Assembly (NCBI GenBank): GCA_036785375.1
Contig: JAWMAR010000578.1
Coordinates: forward strand, 930,001 to 994,000
Reading direction: 5' to 3'
From: Leucoraja ocellata
Lineage: Eukaryota
Length of the DNA: 64,000 nucleotides
In this document: one piece after another, positions 13,570-26,946 of the stretch
Layout: every line of letters starts with the position of its first letter
Position numbering within the stretch: position 1 is the first letter of the stretch
Position numbers and translations under genes: made by a program
The notes under the pieces: model-generated
Databases searched by the model: none
Seen by the model: only the letters and a program-made list of their open reading frames with translations
What the model was told of the DNA's origin: nothing

Positions 13570-14738
13570 TCTGTACATAACTAAAGCTCTGATCTTGTGC
13601 TCTTGCGGTTTGCCTAGTTTTTCTATTTGCGCAAAAGTGGTACGGGACAGTGCTATGATTTTTCTTACTCACCGTTGTCCTGTGCTATTGTCCTATTGTA
13701 AACGTTAGCGAGATATAAAAATATTTAAAACTGCGCAGGCGCAGATCGATCTCCTCTCCTGCCAGTCAGCGCCGCGCGGAAATAGTCTCTTTTCCTGTCA
13801 CTCATCAGGACGGTCCACCCCTTCCTGCGCCATCGCGTCTTTACTGGAGCTGAGGGACGCCGTGGGTGGCCGACGGAGGTCTCCAACCGGACACAATTTT
13901 CGGAGGGACCGGAAGCGGCGCTGCATGGCAGACGTCGCCAAATGGAAAGTGGTGAATCTGATCTCGGCGGAGGAGAAAGTCCAGCGACCACTGTGAGTCC
14001 CAAACATACCACCATCCCAACGCCGCCCAGCTCCTGCCCCTTCCCCTCTCGTGTCCCTCGCTGGACCCTGCCCCCTTCCCCGTGATACCCCCTCTCCCCC
14101 ATGACTCTTCCCCCGTCTTTTCTCTGATCTCTCCCTCCCCCCCCCCCCACACGCTGGCACAAAGGCACAGCTGCTGGTGCTTCCGGGCCGATCCGAGGCC
14201 TGGCTCTGAGGGCGCCGACGGCTGATGCTCCTCCAGGGCTCATAAGAAGGGAGAGGAGCTGCAACCTCGAGAACCTGTTGAGGGAGAGTGGGTGAGGGGG
14301 GGGGGGGGGGGGGGGGGGAGGAGTTATGGAGGGAGGGAGAGGGTGACTGATGGTAGGGGAAGGGAGAGGCGAGGGAAGATTTGGGGGACGGTAGGAGGAA
14401 AGCGAAGAAGTGAGGAGGGAGAGTAGGGGAGGAGGGGAAATAGAGGGAGAGGAGGGGATTAGGGAAGTGAGAGGAGTTATGGAGGGAGGGAGGGAGGGAG
14501 GGAGTGACTGAGGGTAGGGGAAAGGAGAGGGAGAGAGAGGTGAAGGGGGAGGGGTTGGTGGAGGGGATGAGTAGATGGGAATGAAGAGGGAGGGTGAAGG
14601 GGAGGGGCGAGAGTGCTAGGGATGAGGGGAAATGAGCTGCGCCCGTGCAGTTGGGGGCTATGGGTGAGTGATGCAATATTGCGTTGGGGAACCAAGCCTC
14701 TTGTGTGACAGGGACCCAACGGATCCCACTTAGTATAG
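13570..14738 (+). mobile_element. Non-autonomous Helitron-like element with C-rich and G/A-rich low-complexity interior
   Basis: 5' end tc...actaaag; 3' hairpin gggacccaacggatccc followed by a CTAG-like end (ttagtatag|t). A copy lies at 53411-54589. Confidence 0.5.
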
Positions 14739-14904
14739 TTTATTTATAAATCTCATTGAAATGAATACGCAGGTCCATACACACACAGTAGCTCAGCTGG
14801 CGAGAATGTTTATCCCCGAATGACCCAGGACCTCGGTATTATTAAATGCCTCGCTTATTAAAAATAATGCAGAACGATAGGAAGATTTGGTCACCCTGCT
14901 ATAG

Positions 14905-15540
14905 CTCCATAACAAGAGGATTTCAGTATAGGAGTAGAGAGGTTCTTCTGCAGTTGTATAGGGCTCTGGAAAGACCACATCTGGAGTATTGTGTACAGTT
15001 TTGGTCTGCTAATTTGAGGAAGGACATCCTTGTGATTGAGGCAGTGCAGCGTAGGTTCACGAGGATGATCCCGGGGATGGTCGGATTGTCATATGAGGAA
15101 AGATTGAAAAGAGGTATTCACTGGAGATTAGAAGGATGAGAGGGAGGTATTATAGAAACATATAAAATTATAAAAGGACTGGTCGAGCTAGATGCAGGAA
15201 AAATGTTCCCAATGTTGGGCGAGTCCAGAACCAGGGGGCACAGTTTTAAAGGGGAGGCCATTTAAGACTGAGGTGAGAAAACACTGTTTCACTCAGAGAG
15301 TTGTGAATTTGTGGAATTCCCTACCACAGGGGGGCAGTGGAGGCCAAATCAATGGATGGATTTAAGAGAGAGTTAGATGGTGGCTAGTGACTAATGGAAT
15401 CAAGGGATGTGGGGAGAAGGCAGGCACGGGTTATTGATTGGGGACGATCAGCCATGATCGCAATGAATGGCGGTGCTGGCTTGAAGGGCCGAATGACCTC
15501 CTCCTGCACATATTTTCTATGTTTCTATGTTTCTATGTTT
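14905..15540 (+). mobile_element. CR1 LINE 3' fragment
   Basis: [14 protein letters not shown]...[10 protein letters not shown] followed by a (TTCTATGT)n tail; a copy lies at about 54755-55390. Confidence 0.85.
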
Positions 15541-17159
15541 CTTATGCTACTGTACCATGGCCTCCCAACGTCTGTATTGAATGCTCTGACTTCCAATGTG
15601 CCTTCTGTCGGTTCAGCGACAAAGTTCCTTCTGTAGTTTGTCTCCACGCAGTCGCATTTCATAACAGCTGATGAAGTATAAACCATGGCTTGATTTGCAA
15701 AAGCAAGTGATTTAATGAATGGAACGTTATTTCATTTAAAATGTAATTAATTGGCATTTGGTTTGAAATGAGTTGCGAAATGTTCGTGAACTCTCGCCAT
15801 CTGTAAGGTTGTATGAAAGCATCCTAAATAAACTAGCGCAGGTGTTTAGTTTTGCTATCCGCTTTAAACTGCTATCGCTTTCGACATTGAACACTCGGTA
15901 AATTGACATATTCAGCGACAATTTCTGCAGTTTATCATAATGCCTAATGTGAAAACGAACGTTTCACTATCCTCTCCTGTATCTGTGACCTCCATCGTTG
16001 TTTTGACTGCATGCAGTAGGTACAAAGGAACAATACTTCAAACCCGTAATTCCTTATAGTCCACAGAAACGAAGTGTATTTTGTTTCTCAACTTCTCGCT
16101 TTCTTTGAAACCTTTGCCTGTTTGCCGTTTTGCTTAGTTGTTGATTTGTTATTAGTTGGGAAGATGCGGAACAGCTTGTTGGCTCCCCCTCCTTTAGTCT
16201 GTGGAAGTAATTCCATATCGGCCGTTAGTCCATCGTTCATTGACTCGGGAAAACAATCGTTTTTATTTCCAATAACATTCTAAGGTACTCAACAATTATA
16301 CATTTTAGTTTGCAGAAAGGTTATATGGATTTTATATCAATATTTTTCTCGATTTTCACATGAGCCGATCTTGGTCCACAGAACTATGTCGTAGTTACGC
16401 GGATCCAAGTCTGCGCCGACCGTCAAACTCCCATTAACCCAAATTCTACTTTATTCTCTTCATATTGTCATTAACCTCCCCTGCGCCCCCAAACGTTAAC
16501 AGTTCTCTACCAGATGAGCATATTACAGGGGATAATTAACCCGCCATTCCACACATCTTTGAGATGTGCTAGAAATCAGGAACACCCGGAATAAATCCAC
16601 GGGGTCATAAGGAGAAGGAACAAACGTCAAACAGGGGACATTGAAGGCCAGATTAAGAGATTCGTTAAATTCTTAAACACATAGGATACTATCCATGTGA
16701 AGTACTAATATTGCACAGAGCCGTTTTGATGTATTTTTGTTTGATCGCTGGCAACCAGTTTCATCTGTCAAGGCCATGGTGTAAATTCCCATTCTGAATT
16801 TAGTGATAAACTTTCATTTGTCAGTCGGATCACAGGTTGTTGCAGTTAGCCGGCATGGCCTTTTGGACAGATTGGAATTGGTTACTTTGCTCTCGGACAC
16901 TCAGTTTCCTATCGGTTTTTCACGAGGGATACATTTCGGTGAATAAACACAGGTGTTCAAAATGCATTGGTTCAGGGGAGGAGTGAATACTTCGAATGGA
17001 AAGGTGAAATCATTGCATTTTAAGGCGCAGTTTACATTGGTATAGCCAACTGTAAAATAGATAAATACTATGGACGTTCTGTTTAATTCGGAATAAAAAC
17101 GCATATTTTCTCTTTTCTAGAAATACAATTGAAATAACTGAACAATCCAAGGTTCTTAC

Positions 17160-17270
17160 CATGTTGTGCCGTCCATGCTAATCTGATCAAAATTATAATC
17201 GAAAGTAAAATTACCAAACCGCCCACTGCACATGTGAGAATCAGTATTTTATAGGTACTTTCTGGATTAG
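17160..17270 (-). CDS. Second TM exon (type b) downstream of gene B: ANPESTYKILILTCAVGGLVILLSIIILIRLAWTAQH
   Basis: Acceptor ttcttatttttcag|CT and donor CAT G|gtaaga, 111 nt, open frame. Hydrophobic and homologous to the other TM exons (AVGG core). Confidence 0.75.
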
Positions 17271-18303
17271 CTGAAAAATAAGAAACCGTAAGACATATTA
17301 ATTATACAGGGAGTAGAAGCTAATACGGCAGAGCATTGAAAAGTAACGTTCCAACCCACCAAAAAATATTGTAGGAAATACATATTGCAACAATTATGGG
17401 TTAATGTTTTAATTATCAAGCAAACGCGTCACTTTACAAAGTAGCTCTTTCTGTAGGGGATAATTGATTAAGGTTAAGAAGAGATTTATTTTTTTCATAT
17501 TGTTACACTAGGCAATAGACATCAGTTTAAAAAAAAAACGCAGAGCCATTAAACAGTATAATTTGTCATCGATCCACATAATAGGACATGCGTGCAGATA
17601 CCGTGAAGATGTAAGGACGTATTTTAGCAATGGGTAATGTAAAAGAGGGGGTTAAGAGTGAATTCGAGAACTAGGGACACACGCACATGCCACTGTCTGC
17701 GATCATGCTCACAACCGTGGTGTCGTCTACAAATTTGTAGATGGACATTGAGCCGAATCTGGCCGCGCAGTCCTATATACTCACGATTGTTTACTATGAA
17801 ATAAGCCGCACATAAATTAAAGTTGGTAATTCATCTCAGTCGGGATGCATTGAATGACGTATTAGTTTTTGAGCTGCTTGCACGTTGGTCTTTCATCATA
17901 AATAATACAATTCACACGTCTATCTCTCGTGTTTGAACAACTACGCAGCTGTATTTCTAATCTGATGTAGAACTCGTTTAAAATGCTTCCTGCATTTCCT
18001 TGTTTGACCAAATAGTTGAAACTGGAAGGAACCTTTAAGGGTTATATGTGATGCCAGGGTGGTGTGAGGCAGATGAAATAATTTTCTATTCAGATTCAGT
18101 GTTTGACTGACAATAGAAAATAGACAATAGGTGCAGGAGTAGGCCATTCGGCCCTTCGAGCCAGCACCGCCATTCAATGTGATCATGGCTGATCATCCAC
18201 AATCAGTACCCCGGTTCTCCTCTGTGAGCAAACACTATTGACATATCCATTCTCGTTTTAACCATAGAAATTATTATTGTATGATTATTATCAAGATTCT
18301 TAC

Positions 18304-18429
18304 CGTGCCATATCTTTAAGGTGAGTCCTATCACGATTATAATCAGAATTAAAATTACTGATCCACCTACTGCATATACGACAATCTGTTTGCGATCAAT
18401 TCCCGGTCGAGTAGCATACATTTTAGAAA
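18304..18429 (-). CDS. Gene B first TM exon (VSKMYATRPGIDRKQIVVYAVGGSVILILIIIVIGLTLKIWH)
   Basis: Donor CAC G|gtaaga. The acceptor used in C is lost here; the upstream ttctttacag|TT is in frame. The 5' boundary is inferred. Confidence 0.75.
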
Positions 18430-18932
18430 CTGTAAAGAATTTATACATTTCAGAACAAATATACAAACGGCAGTCAACAAAGTAAATCATTTCGTAGGTG
18501 CATTTTAATACCCACATCGGAAAGTTTGGAAGGTATACCACGAGGCACCAGATGGAAGTTAGTAATGGAATCCACAGGACAAGCAATTGCCGTTGTATTG
18601 TGCCCATGTGTGGAGAGCTGCTTACTGACGTTAAACGGAATTTAGGCTTTATTTTCATATATTTCACCAGACAGTAGATATATGCATATTCCAGGACGTT
18701 TTTGCTCATTACAATCATTATATCAATTCAGTTTGTCAATTCATCTCACACGGATTTCCTTACAAGAACTGATGAAATACAATTCATTTTAAACAGCATA
18801 CAAGTGTTGCTTTCATGCGAATAAATGCGAGCCACATTTACCCTTACCCTTGTACGGAAAGCTGTCCAGTTATTAATCTGATCGAATTTGATCTACCGCC
18901 CCAATATCATGTGTAATTGGCTCCAGTCTTAC

Positions 18933-19226
18933 CTTGGCCCAGGGTATAACTGAAACTGGCCGCCATCTTCAGGGAGACATGTGATACCAGACAGGTGTAA
19001 ATATCTTTGCCCTCCCCAGGCTGCGTTATTTCCAAAGAACTAGTAGCCACAAACAATCCTTCTTCGCTCGGTTTTTTCACAGCTTCGATTCCAGTGCGAA
19101 TTTCCTCGTTATTTCTTAGCCAGATTATTTCTAATTTCTCCGGATAAAAGGCGCCAGTTTTGCACACAAGTTTCCGTGGAGAGCCAAGTCCTTCAGCAGG
19201 AACAATTGTCAAGGGAGTTGGGGGAT
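18933..19226 (-). CDS. Gene B C1-set Ig exon
   Basis: Acceptor ttctttgcttaag|AT CCC and donor CAA G|gtaag, 294 nt. Contains LVCKTGAFYP...W...YTCLVSHVSL. Confidence 0.9.
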
Positions 19227-21238
19227 CTTAAGCAAAGAAAAAAAAATATCGGGTGTTCGCTTTCCATTTCATTGTAAATATTTACATTTTATCTCGCCAC
19301 CGAGTCGTATTTGTCAATACCAAATTATTTAATATTTAAACTTCCCAGTTTGTCGTTCATTTATACTCCCTTTCCTAGCGAACATCCGGGCGAACTCCGC
19401 CAAGATACAAAGAGGGTGAATTTAAGGAGTGCCAACAGAATTTAAGGAGTTCCAAAATAAACTATGTTCTGAATGGACGTTCCCCGGTATCGCGCGAACG
19501 TTTTTGCCAGAAGCCTGCCGTGATTATTTAAAAGTGGCCATGTTCGGATCATTCATATGTTGCAAAATAAATGGAGCCATCATAATCGAAATATAACAGA
19601 TTTGTATAGTGTGATGACAGAAAGCGGTTACACATGAAGATTAATGATTAATCCCGTTAGCACTTTAAGTAGTATATGGATTAAATCTCCTCACCCTGGT
19701 CAAAAACACCCACTTCAACAACTAATCACTACACTCTACTCTACTCACTCCGACCTGCACGATATAACCACATGAGGTGTTTGCGCAGTAATCAACCAGA
19801 ACCAGAACCAGATATGGGTTTGACTGCCGATCACAAACATTTACCTGCATGTGAACCAAGTGCTGGAACACCTACCTTTATCGCGCATTGAATGCTTTTA
19901 TTGAAACACCGTGGTATATATTACAAGCAATCTACGAGCGCACTTATTCTATGTCAGTATGTAGGAAAGAACTACAGAAGCTGGTTTAAACCGAACAACA
20001 ACATCTCTTCGGAGAACGAACGGGTGACGTTTCTGATCGAGGTTTGAAGAAGGGTATCGACCCCAAACGTCACTCATTCCTTCTACCCAGAGATGCTGCC
20101 TGCCCCGCTGAGTTACTCCAGCGTTTTGTGTCTCTATACAAATCAGTTCCATCTGTTGTGCCAACTTGGCGACAGTGAATCGACAACGTTAGATCGGCGT
20201 TAATGATGATAGCTTGCAGAAGCCAAACGAGGGAAAAGAACAAGCTCTGTTTCTCGCTGTGCAGATTCTACTCATTTAGGTCTGCACGTAAAAGGCCCTA
20301 TATTTGGCATTTATTAACGCGAACTCCTTCCGTACGAGCTGCAGCCGGTGTCTAACTGGACGGGGAGTTGATTGTTGGGTTGCTTTGTCCGTTTATTACA
20401 GATCTTTAGAAAGCTTGACTTAATTCACTTAATCAGGATAATCTTTAATGATGAAATAAATGTTACTGTTTATTCCCGGACTTTAAATAATTTAATTTGA
20501 GATGTTGTTTACTTCTTTTTCCCCCCCGTACGGTGCCAAATTGGTTGAATAGACTGAGGTTATGCCTGACAAAAATAGTATCAAGCGATTTCAAAAAAAA
20601 AGAAAAAAGATTTCATTGAAGTCAGCTTGGAATCAGCAGCGATGAGTCCCACGTGTTGGAAGACCAAGGTCCTTGGGTTGCAGCAGCACTATGAGGTTCT
20701 AAAGCTGTCGATGTAGAATAGAGGCATGACAGACTCTACCATCGACGTATTAAAATTGCTCCTACTCTCTTTTCTTAGTGATGAGAAAACTGGACATCAC
20801 ACTCCAGCCACTCAAACTAACAGGAATATTATTTAAATATCTCATTGCAAAACATTTCTAACCACACCTCAGAATGAATTCCTTCCATCTCAACATTTAC
20901 CCGTTCTTAGCGATAAATCCATCTGGGAGATTGGCTTAAAATTCGGGACCGCTAAATGAATGGGCTGCGCCCATTCATAGCGGCAATGAAAAGGAGTCTC
21001 GCAAAGTATCGTACAATGAACAGAATAACCCTCAATACCCACGCGTCCCACAAGTGCTACTCGACGTGCTGGTTATGTCCATTGTGCTTTGTTTTATTTT
21101 GAATTACTGGTCCCTGTAATTTAAAATTGTTATTACTGGATATTTATCAACAGGCGATTTTTCATATTATCCTCGCGACTAGACTTTACAAATGACATAG
21201 AACTGAAAATTGCTTATTTCCCTAACACACACACTCAC

Positions 21239-21544
21239 CAAATACGGTGATTCGGCTGCCACTTCCATTTCCGATAACCTGCTGCTGGAACTTTACTTGA
21301 CAGTAATACAGGCCGGAGTCAGCTACACGCACATGTCGGAGAGTAAATGTTCCGCTTCCAGAATCTATGATAAATTGTTTTCTACTGTCCGGTTCAAGGA
21401 ATGTCTTCATGCCGTCCCTCCACCAATTAACGCCAATATTGCCTTTCAATATTGGAAATTTGCAATACATGATAGCGTGTTCACCGCCGCCAACGTCCAA
21501 GTTGACAGGGAATTGGGACACTCTGGTCGGATAGACTTCGGTAG
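21239..21544 (-). CDS. Gene B V-type Ig exon with germline J-like motif
   Basis: Acceptor ttttttcccgacag|CT ACC and donor TTT G|gtgagt, 306 nt. Contains MYC...VNWW...DSGLYYC...GNGSGSRITV. Confidence 0.9.
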
Positions 21545-21737
21545 CTGTCGGGAAAAAAGCAAGAACAATTGAAACAGTTGTAAACACTGGACAGAGAAAA
21601 CAGGAACCAACTGTCGAAAAGCACGAAACAACAATAAACCCACGAGGGCCTAATAGATGAACCTAATAGCTCGAAACCAGGTCCGAATTTTCGTAAAATA
21701 ATACTTAGACCAGAAATGGCACACATTTTAACTATAC

Positions 21738-21792
21738 CCTGCGTTAGTATGACCAGAAGAGCCATGGACCAAACTCTAACTTTCACCGACAT
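21738..21792 (-). CDS. Gene B leader exon (MSVKVRVWSMALLVILTQ)
   Basis: ATG to CAG G|gtatag, 55 nt, phase 1. Hydrophobic and homologous to the A and D leaders. Confidence 0.8.
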
Positions 21793-22944
21793 ATTACAAG
21801 AATAAATTGCCAACTTGTTGTTAGTTTACTCAAAACTTGCTCTGCGGAAAAGGAAATTATGAGTAAATATATGAAACGTGACCGTGACGTAATATATCCC
21901 ACGACTGTGGCTCGTGCGGTGGAAGAGGTCATAGTTCGGCCCATTCCCATTGTAACAAAGCCTTCCAATACTTCCTGAATCATGTTCACAACTTCCTCCC
22001 GTAGCATCCAGATTTTTACTCGGAATTAAATATGCATCAGCTGCCTACTCAGTTAATTGTCACAAATCGTTTCCGCGTAGAAGGTAAGGAGTGCATGTGA
22101 ATATTTAGATGCACAAACGTAGACACCCACCTTCCCTTGAATCTCCCCCCCCCCTTCCCAATTTGTGTTGTGCTCTTTCGCTCTTTCTATTATATGCATT
22201 CAAACAACAATCACCCTTTTCGTTTCTTCCTGTTCAGCCCTCACCATCGCCATCCGCAGCTTTCTATTGATTATATTTCCATCTGACGTTTTTAACACTA
22301 ACTCCGGTTGCTATTCCTACAAAACCAAATCTCCATGCTGGTTTTGTTAACTAATATTTCTACTATTTTCATAAACACCATTGCAGCAATATTCTATGGG
22401 GAGTCCAGCAGAAGATTGGCGCCAAGCCGCGACAGCTAACGTATGAATGAAATCTATGTTTTTTCTTCCGATAATGCCCAGTAGAGCAATCAACTTATGC
22501 TGTTGACATCCACACAACACAGGAGAATAGGGGCTGTAAATTAATCGAATGGGCCAATATAAATCAGGGAGATTTAAACCAAACTGTTAATCTTATAATT
22601 TCCTCCAATGTATTGTTTTAAAAATCGTAGAAATGAAGGATTACTTAAAGTTTGGACTACAGGCAAGAAGCCAACGTTGTGAGCGAGGCGGTTTGAACTA
22701 TTTATGTTTTCCCCGTATCGTGTTATACTCACATTCCTCTGCACAAATCAATGATTTTGGCTTCAGAACACACATTAAAATGCACGAGCAGAAACCTGTT
22801 GTAGACCAAATGGTTAAGTAATTTTCGTGTAATTTAAATGTTTGATGCGCCTCACTTAGAGACCTTGTGCCGTTCAATGGGAGGACATAATATTCCAAAT
22901 ATACACAGTAATTCTCTGGATATTTTTTAAATTACTGAAATCGG

Positions 22945-23235
22945 GCAGGACCGTATCGCAGTAGTAGAGTTGCTGCACTTACAGCGCCAGAGACCTGGGT
23001 TCGATCCCGACTGCGGGTGCTGTCTGTATGGAGTTTGTACGTTCGTCCATGACTGGCTTGGGTTTCTCTGGGCGCTCCTGTTTCCGCCCACATTCCAAAG
23101 ACGTACATGTTTCGGTAAAGATTGGCTTCGGTAAATATTGTAAATTGTCCCTAGCGTGCAGGATAGTGCTAATGTACGGGGTGATCGCTGGTCGGCGCGG
23201 ACTCGAAGGGCCTGTTTCCGCGCTGTATCTCTAAA
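22945..23235 (+). mobile_element. HE1-like tRNA-derived SINE
   Basis: B box ggttcgatcc and 3' end gaagggcctgtttccgcgctgtatctctaaac; a copy lies at about 37200-37495. Confidence 0.75.
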
Positions 23236-23486
23236 CTATTGCTAAAAAAACTGCTTCTGTAAATGGCTTCTATTTGAACTTCCATGTAAAGATTGCGTAA
23301 TTTCGGGTTTTAAGTCTGTCTACATTAACCGTTCAACAAAGAGCTGCAACAAGAACATTGCGGTTTGTGATGCTGGTCTTGAAGATAATGAAGACTGGAC
23401 TCAGATTTAAAGCGGCACGTTGTTTCTTTTTTAGTGAAGACAGCAGTGTAAAGAAACCAGCGGCAGTTCTGAATACTGAAAAAGAT

Positions 23487-24172
23487 CATAGAAACATAGA
23501 AACATAGAAATTAGGTGCCATTCGGCCCTTCGAGCCTGCACCGCCATTCAATATGATCATGGCTGATCATCCAACTCAGTATCCCGTACCTGCCTTCTCC
23601 CCATACCCTCTGATCCCCTTGGCCACAAGGGCCACATCTAACTCCCTCTTAAATATAGCCAATGAACTGGCCTCAACTACCATCTGTGGCAGAGAGTACC
23701 AGAGATTCACCACTCTCTGTGTGAAAAAAGTTCTCCTCATCTCGTTTTAAAGGATTTCCCCCTTATCCTTAAGCTGTGACCCCTTGTCCTGGACTTCCCC
23801 AACATCGGGAACAAGCTTCCTGCATCTAGCCTGTCCAACCCCTTAAGAATTTTGTAAGTTTCTATAAGATCCCCTCTCAATCTCCTAAATTCTAGAGAGT
23901 ATAACCAAGTCTATCCAGTCTTTCTTCATAAGACAGTTCTGACATCCCAGGAATCAGTCTGGTGAACCTTCTCTGCACTCCCTCTATGACAATAATGTCC
24001 TTCCTCAGATTTGGGAGACCAAAACTGTACGCACTACTCCAGGTGTGGTCTCACCAAGACCCTGTACAACTGCAGTAGAACCTTCCTGCTCCTATACTCA
24101 AATCCTTTTGCTACGAAAGCCAACATACCATTCGCTTTCTTTACTGCCTGCTGCACCTGCATGCCTACCTTC
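23487..24172 (-). mobile_element. CR1 LINE 3' fragment
   Basis: (catagaaa)n tail on the plus strand. The copy at about 37950-38650 encodes ...[19 protein letters not shown]... Confidence 0.85.
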
Positions 24173-24694
24173 AATCATGTTTGCATTATTAATTTAACTT
24201 CGATTAAATGGTTCCAAGATGGCTCCTATATTTTTAAAGTTTCATTAAAATTAGATTAATTTAGTAAACAGGAGGCGCGGAAAGCTTTGAGCAACATAAT
24301 TTTGTTTTCCATAACGTTAGACCCTTACATTGTTGATGACCTCATCGCAGATGCGTTTTCCAAATATTATTAACAATGCCCGATGGGAATAATTGGTTAG
24401 ATTGCGTTTTTATTCTCCTTTCGACAAGATGTGTTGGATGCTATTAACAAGAAAATACTGTTTTCTCCCGTTTGGTGGAATTGACTGGAATCCTGCAACA
24501 GGTCAGATTGCGAATAGTAACTAACGTCTCGAGTTGATCATTTCTGTTATAATATAGAAATATTTACTGTTTCTCCTTCTCCACAGATTGTCCTCGACGC
24601 CTAGAATTCACAATATTTCGTGATTAATTTCAGATTACAAAGTACCTGCAATCTAGCATTATCCAGTAATTATCTTGCCGCTACTTTGTTCCAA

Positions 24695-24995
24695 GTGATC
24701 GCAGCGGTAGAGTTGCTGCCTAACAGCACTTGCAGCGCCGGGGACCCGGGTTCGATCCCGACTACGGGGACTGTCTGTACGGGGTTTGTACGTTCTCCCC
24801 GTGACCGCGTGGGCTTTCTTTCTCCGGTTTCTTCCCACACTCCAAAGACGTGCAGGCATGTAGGTAAATGGCTTGGTAAATGTAAAAAATGTCCCTAGCG
24901 TGGGTAGGATAGTGTTAATATGCGTTGATCGCTTATCGGCGCGGACCATGGGTCGAAGGGCCAGTTTTCGCGCTGCATCTCTAAACTAAATTAAA
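24695..24995 (+). mobile_element. HE1-like tRNA-derived SINE
   Basis: gcagcggtagagttgctgcc...ggttcgatcccgact...tctctaaactaaa; a copy lies at about 39173-39475. Confidence 0.75.
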
Positions 24996-26946
24996 CAAAA
25001 CTGGAATTTAGATGTAGACTGAAGATGTAAATGCACTAAATGCATATCTCCGACGGTCATCAATTGCGAGATATTGCCAGTCCATCTGCATTCTCCTTAT
25101 CCATTCGAGCGGCCCCTAAAGTCTATGAACTTTATAGTTAATGCCAGCAAGTTGCCTCTAATTACAGGCGATATCTTCTTATTATCAATAGAATCATCAC
25201 AACTTGTCAAATGTTGTATGGAATACGAACTAAGCGCACCCACATATGTCAAGTGCACAGGGGTAGTCTGACCAGTAACCCTCGCGGATATATTTCAGCT
25301 CCTCTATGCCGGAGAGGCACCACACGTCTCTGCTCTTCTGAGCAAAAGTGACAACACGTCAACCATATTAAATACCCGGGACTCCAAGCAGGCAAGAATG
25401 ATGAAACAGGTATATGGACGGAAATGAATGGAGGGTTATGTTCTAGTGCAGGTAGATGGGACTAGGTGAGAGTAAGTGTTCGGCACGGACTAGACGGGCC
25501 GAGATGGCCTGTTTCCGTGCTGTACTTGTTATATAGTTATATTATATGGTTATATTTAAAAATCAGCCATTTAATTGCCATGATGAAGTTTACCACGTAT
25601 TTATTTTTTTCCCAGAACGAACACGAAATAATTAGGGAAAGAACAATAAAGGAAAGAAGGGTTTCAACCCGAAACGTCACCCATTCCTTCTCTCCAGTGA
25701 TGCTGCATGTCCCACTGTGTCTACATGTGAAATAATGAAGATTACAGTACAACCTTAGAAATGTTTCATTTACGGAAGCGGACTTTTTAAGCAATGGTCT
25801 TAATTAAACTTCTTGTTCTACACTTAAGATGATAACGCGAGCCGTCCGTGACTTGTTTGTTTCAGATAGGCACAGCATTCGACCGCAAGCCTTTCCATGA
25901 CGTCGCCAGCAGACTCGCGAGAACAGTTCTATTTTCATGCTGTGTGTTATTTCTATTTTGTCAAGCTAGAAATGCAGTGGTCAGTTAGTTAGTCAGTAGA
26001 TGATTAGTTAGTCAGTAGACGATGGAAAAAACTTAGTTTCGATGCATCTTTTTTTTAGAAACGTTGCAGAAGCTGGCATGGACACATTCGTGTTTGCTAA
26101 TTACAAGCAGAAGTCTAAAAGATATCTGATTCGGAAGGGCATACGCTTCGTCTGATGAAACAAATAAGAGGCATCTAAAAAGAGCAGAGCAAGGACGGCG
26201 TATACGCATATACATAATTTAATTTAATTAAGCAGATTTATAATTCGCAGATGAAGTAGTGAGAATCGAACTCAGGTCTCCGAAAGCAAATAGATTATAA
26301 AATATACAACAGTTAAACACTGCAATGGGTCTCTCGGCCTAGTAGCTCTACGCGGAACATGATGCGAAGATAAACTAATCTCCTCTATCTGCATATGATC
26401 CACATCCCACTCTGCCTGCATTATTTTCTGAAGAAGGGTCTCGACGCGAAACGTCACCCATTCCATCTCTCCAGAGATGCTGTCTGTCCCGCTGTTCTCA
26501 AGCTTTTGTGTCTATCTTCGGTTTAAACCAGCATCTGCAGTTCCTTCGTACATATTTATATGCCTATCGAAAATACTCTTTAAAAACTGCTGTCTTCTTC
26601 TCTTCCAGCATCCCTGGTAATGCGTTCTAGGCACTTTCTGCGTCAAAACCTGGCCCAGCATAACTCTACACCTTAGATGTTAAAGCAATACCTTCCTATC
26701 TTTCATATGTTCCGACGAAAACACTATCCGTGCTTCTCGTAATTTCCAATTCTTCAGCTAGGTGGCCAGTCTCAGAAGAAAACACGTCAAGAGCGTTTTA
26801 TTGTCATATGTCCCAGATAGAACAACGACAATCTTATTTCCAGTAGCACAACAGAATATGTAAACATAGTACCTGTGAGCAATACAATAAACGGGAAAAG
26901 AGTCTAGTGTGTGTATATAAAACATACAATTACACACACACATATA

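Larger units (their letters stand above)
4519..18215. repeat. Segmental duplication block X (direct copy X' at about 46455-58047)
   Basis: Collinear near-identity read directly, with paired ORFs in the track (e.g. 8085 vs 47098, 14846 vs 54697). Confidence 0.92.

Noticed and set aside
13725-14719. Long Pro/Ser/Gly-rich ORFs (also 53690-54570) and ORFs crossing N runs
   Set aside because: Artifacts of low-complexity G/A tracts and assembly gaps.
16040-16066. VDYKEL ITIM-like motif on the minus strand
   Set aside because: The frame has upstream stops and the X' copy reads VDCKEL.
18907-18932. C1 read-through tails (GKTGANYT*, GKTGK*, GKPGGI*) as Ig-like secretory tailpieces
   Set aside because: GK is simply the gtaag donor, and there is no conserved Cys or shared poly(A) signal.
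21545-21587. Hydrophobic 'signal peptide' directly upstream of each V in the ORF track (e.g. MFTTVSIVLAFFP)
   Set aside because: It is the translated polypyrimidine tract, starting at GTG/TTG with an indel between paralogs. True 55-nt ATG leader exons with phase 1 donors exist upstream in all four genes.
21783-22007. ORF ending ...RFIYLLIISFSAEQVL as the leader of B/C
   Set aside because: Weak donor and no counterpart in A or D; the 21738-21792 exon fits better.
22960-23012. tRNA gene
   Set aside because: The A/B-box-like head continues into a SINE body and tail, with no proper cloverleaf.
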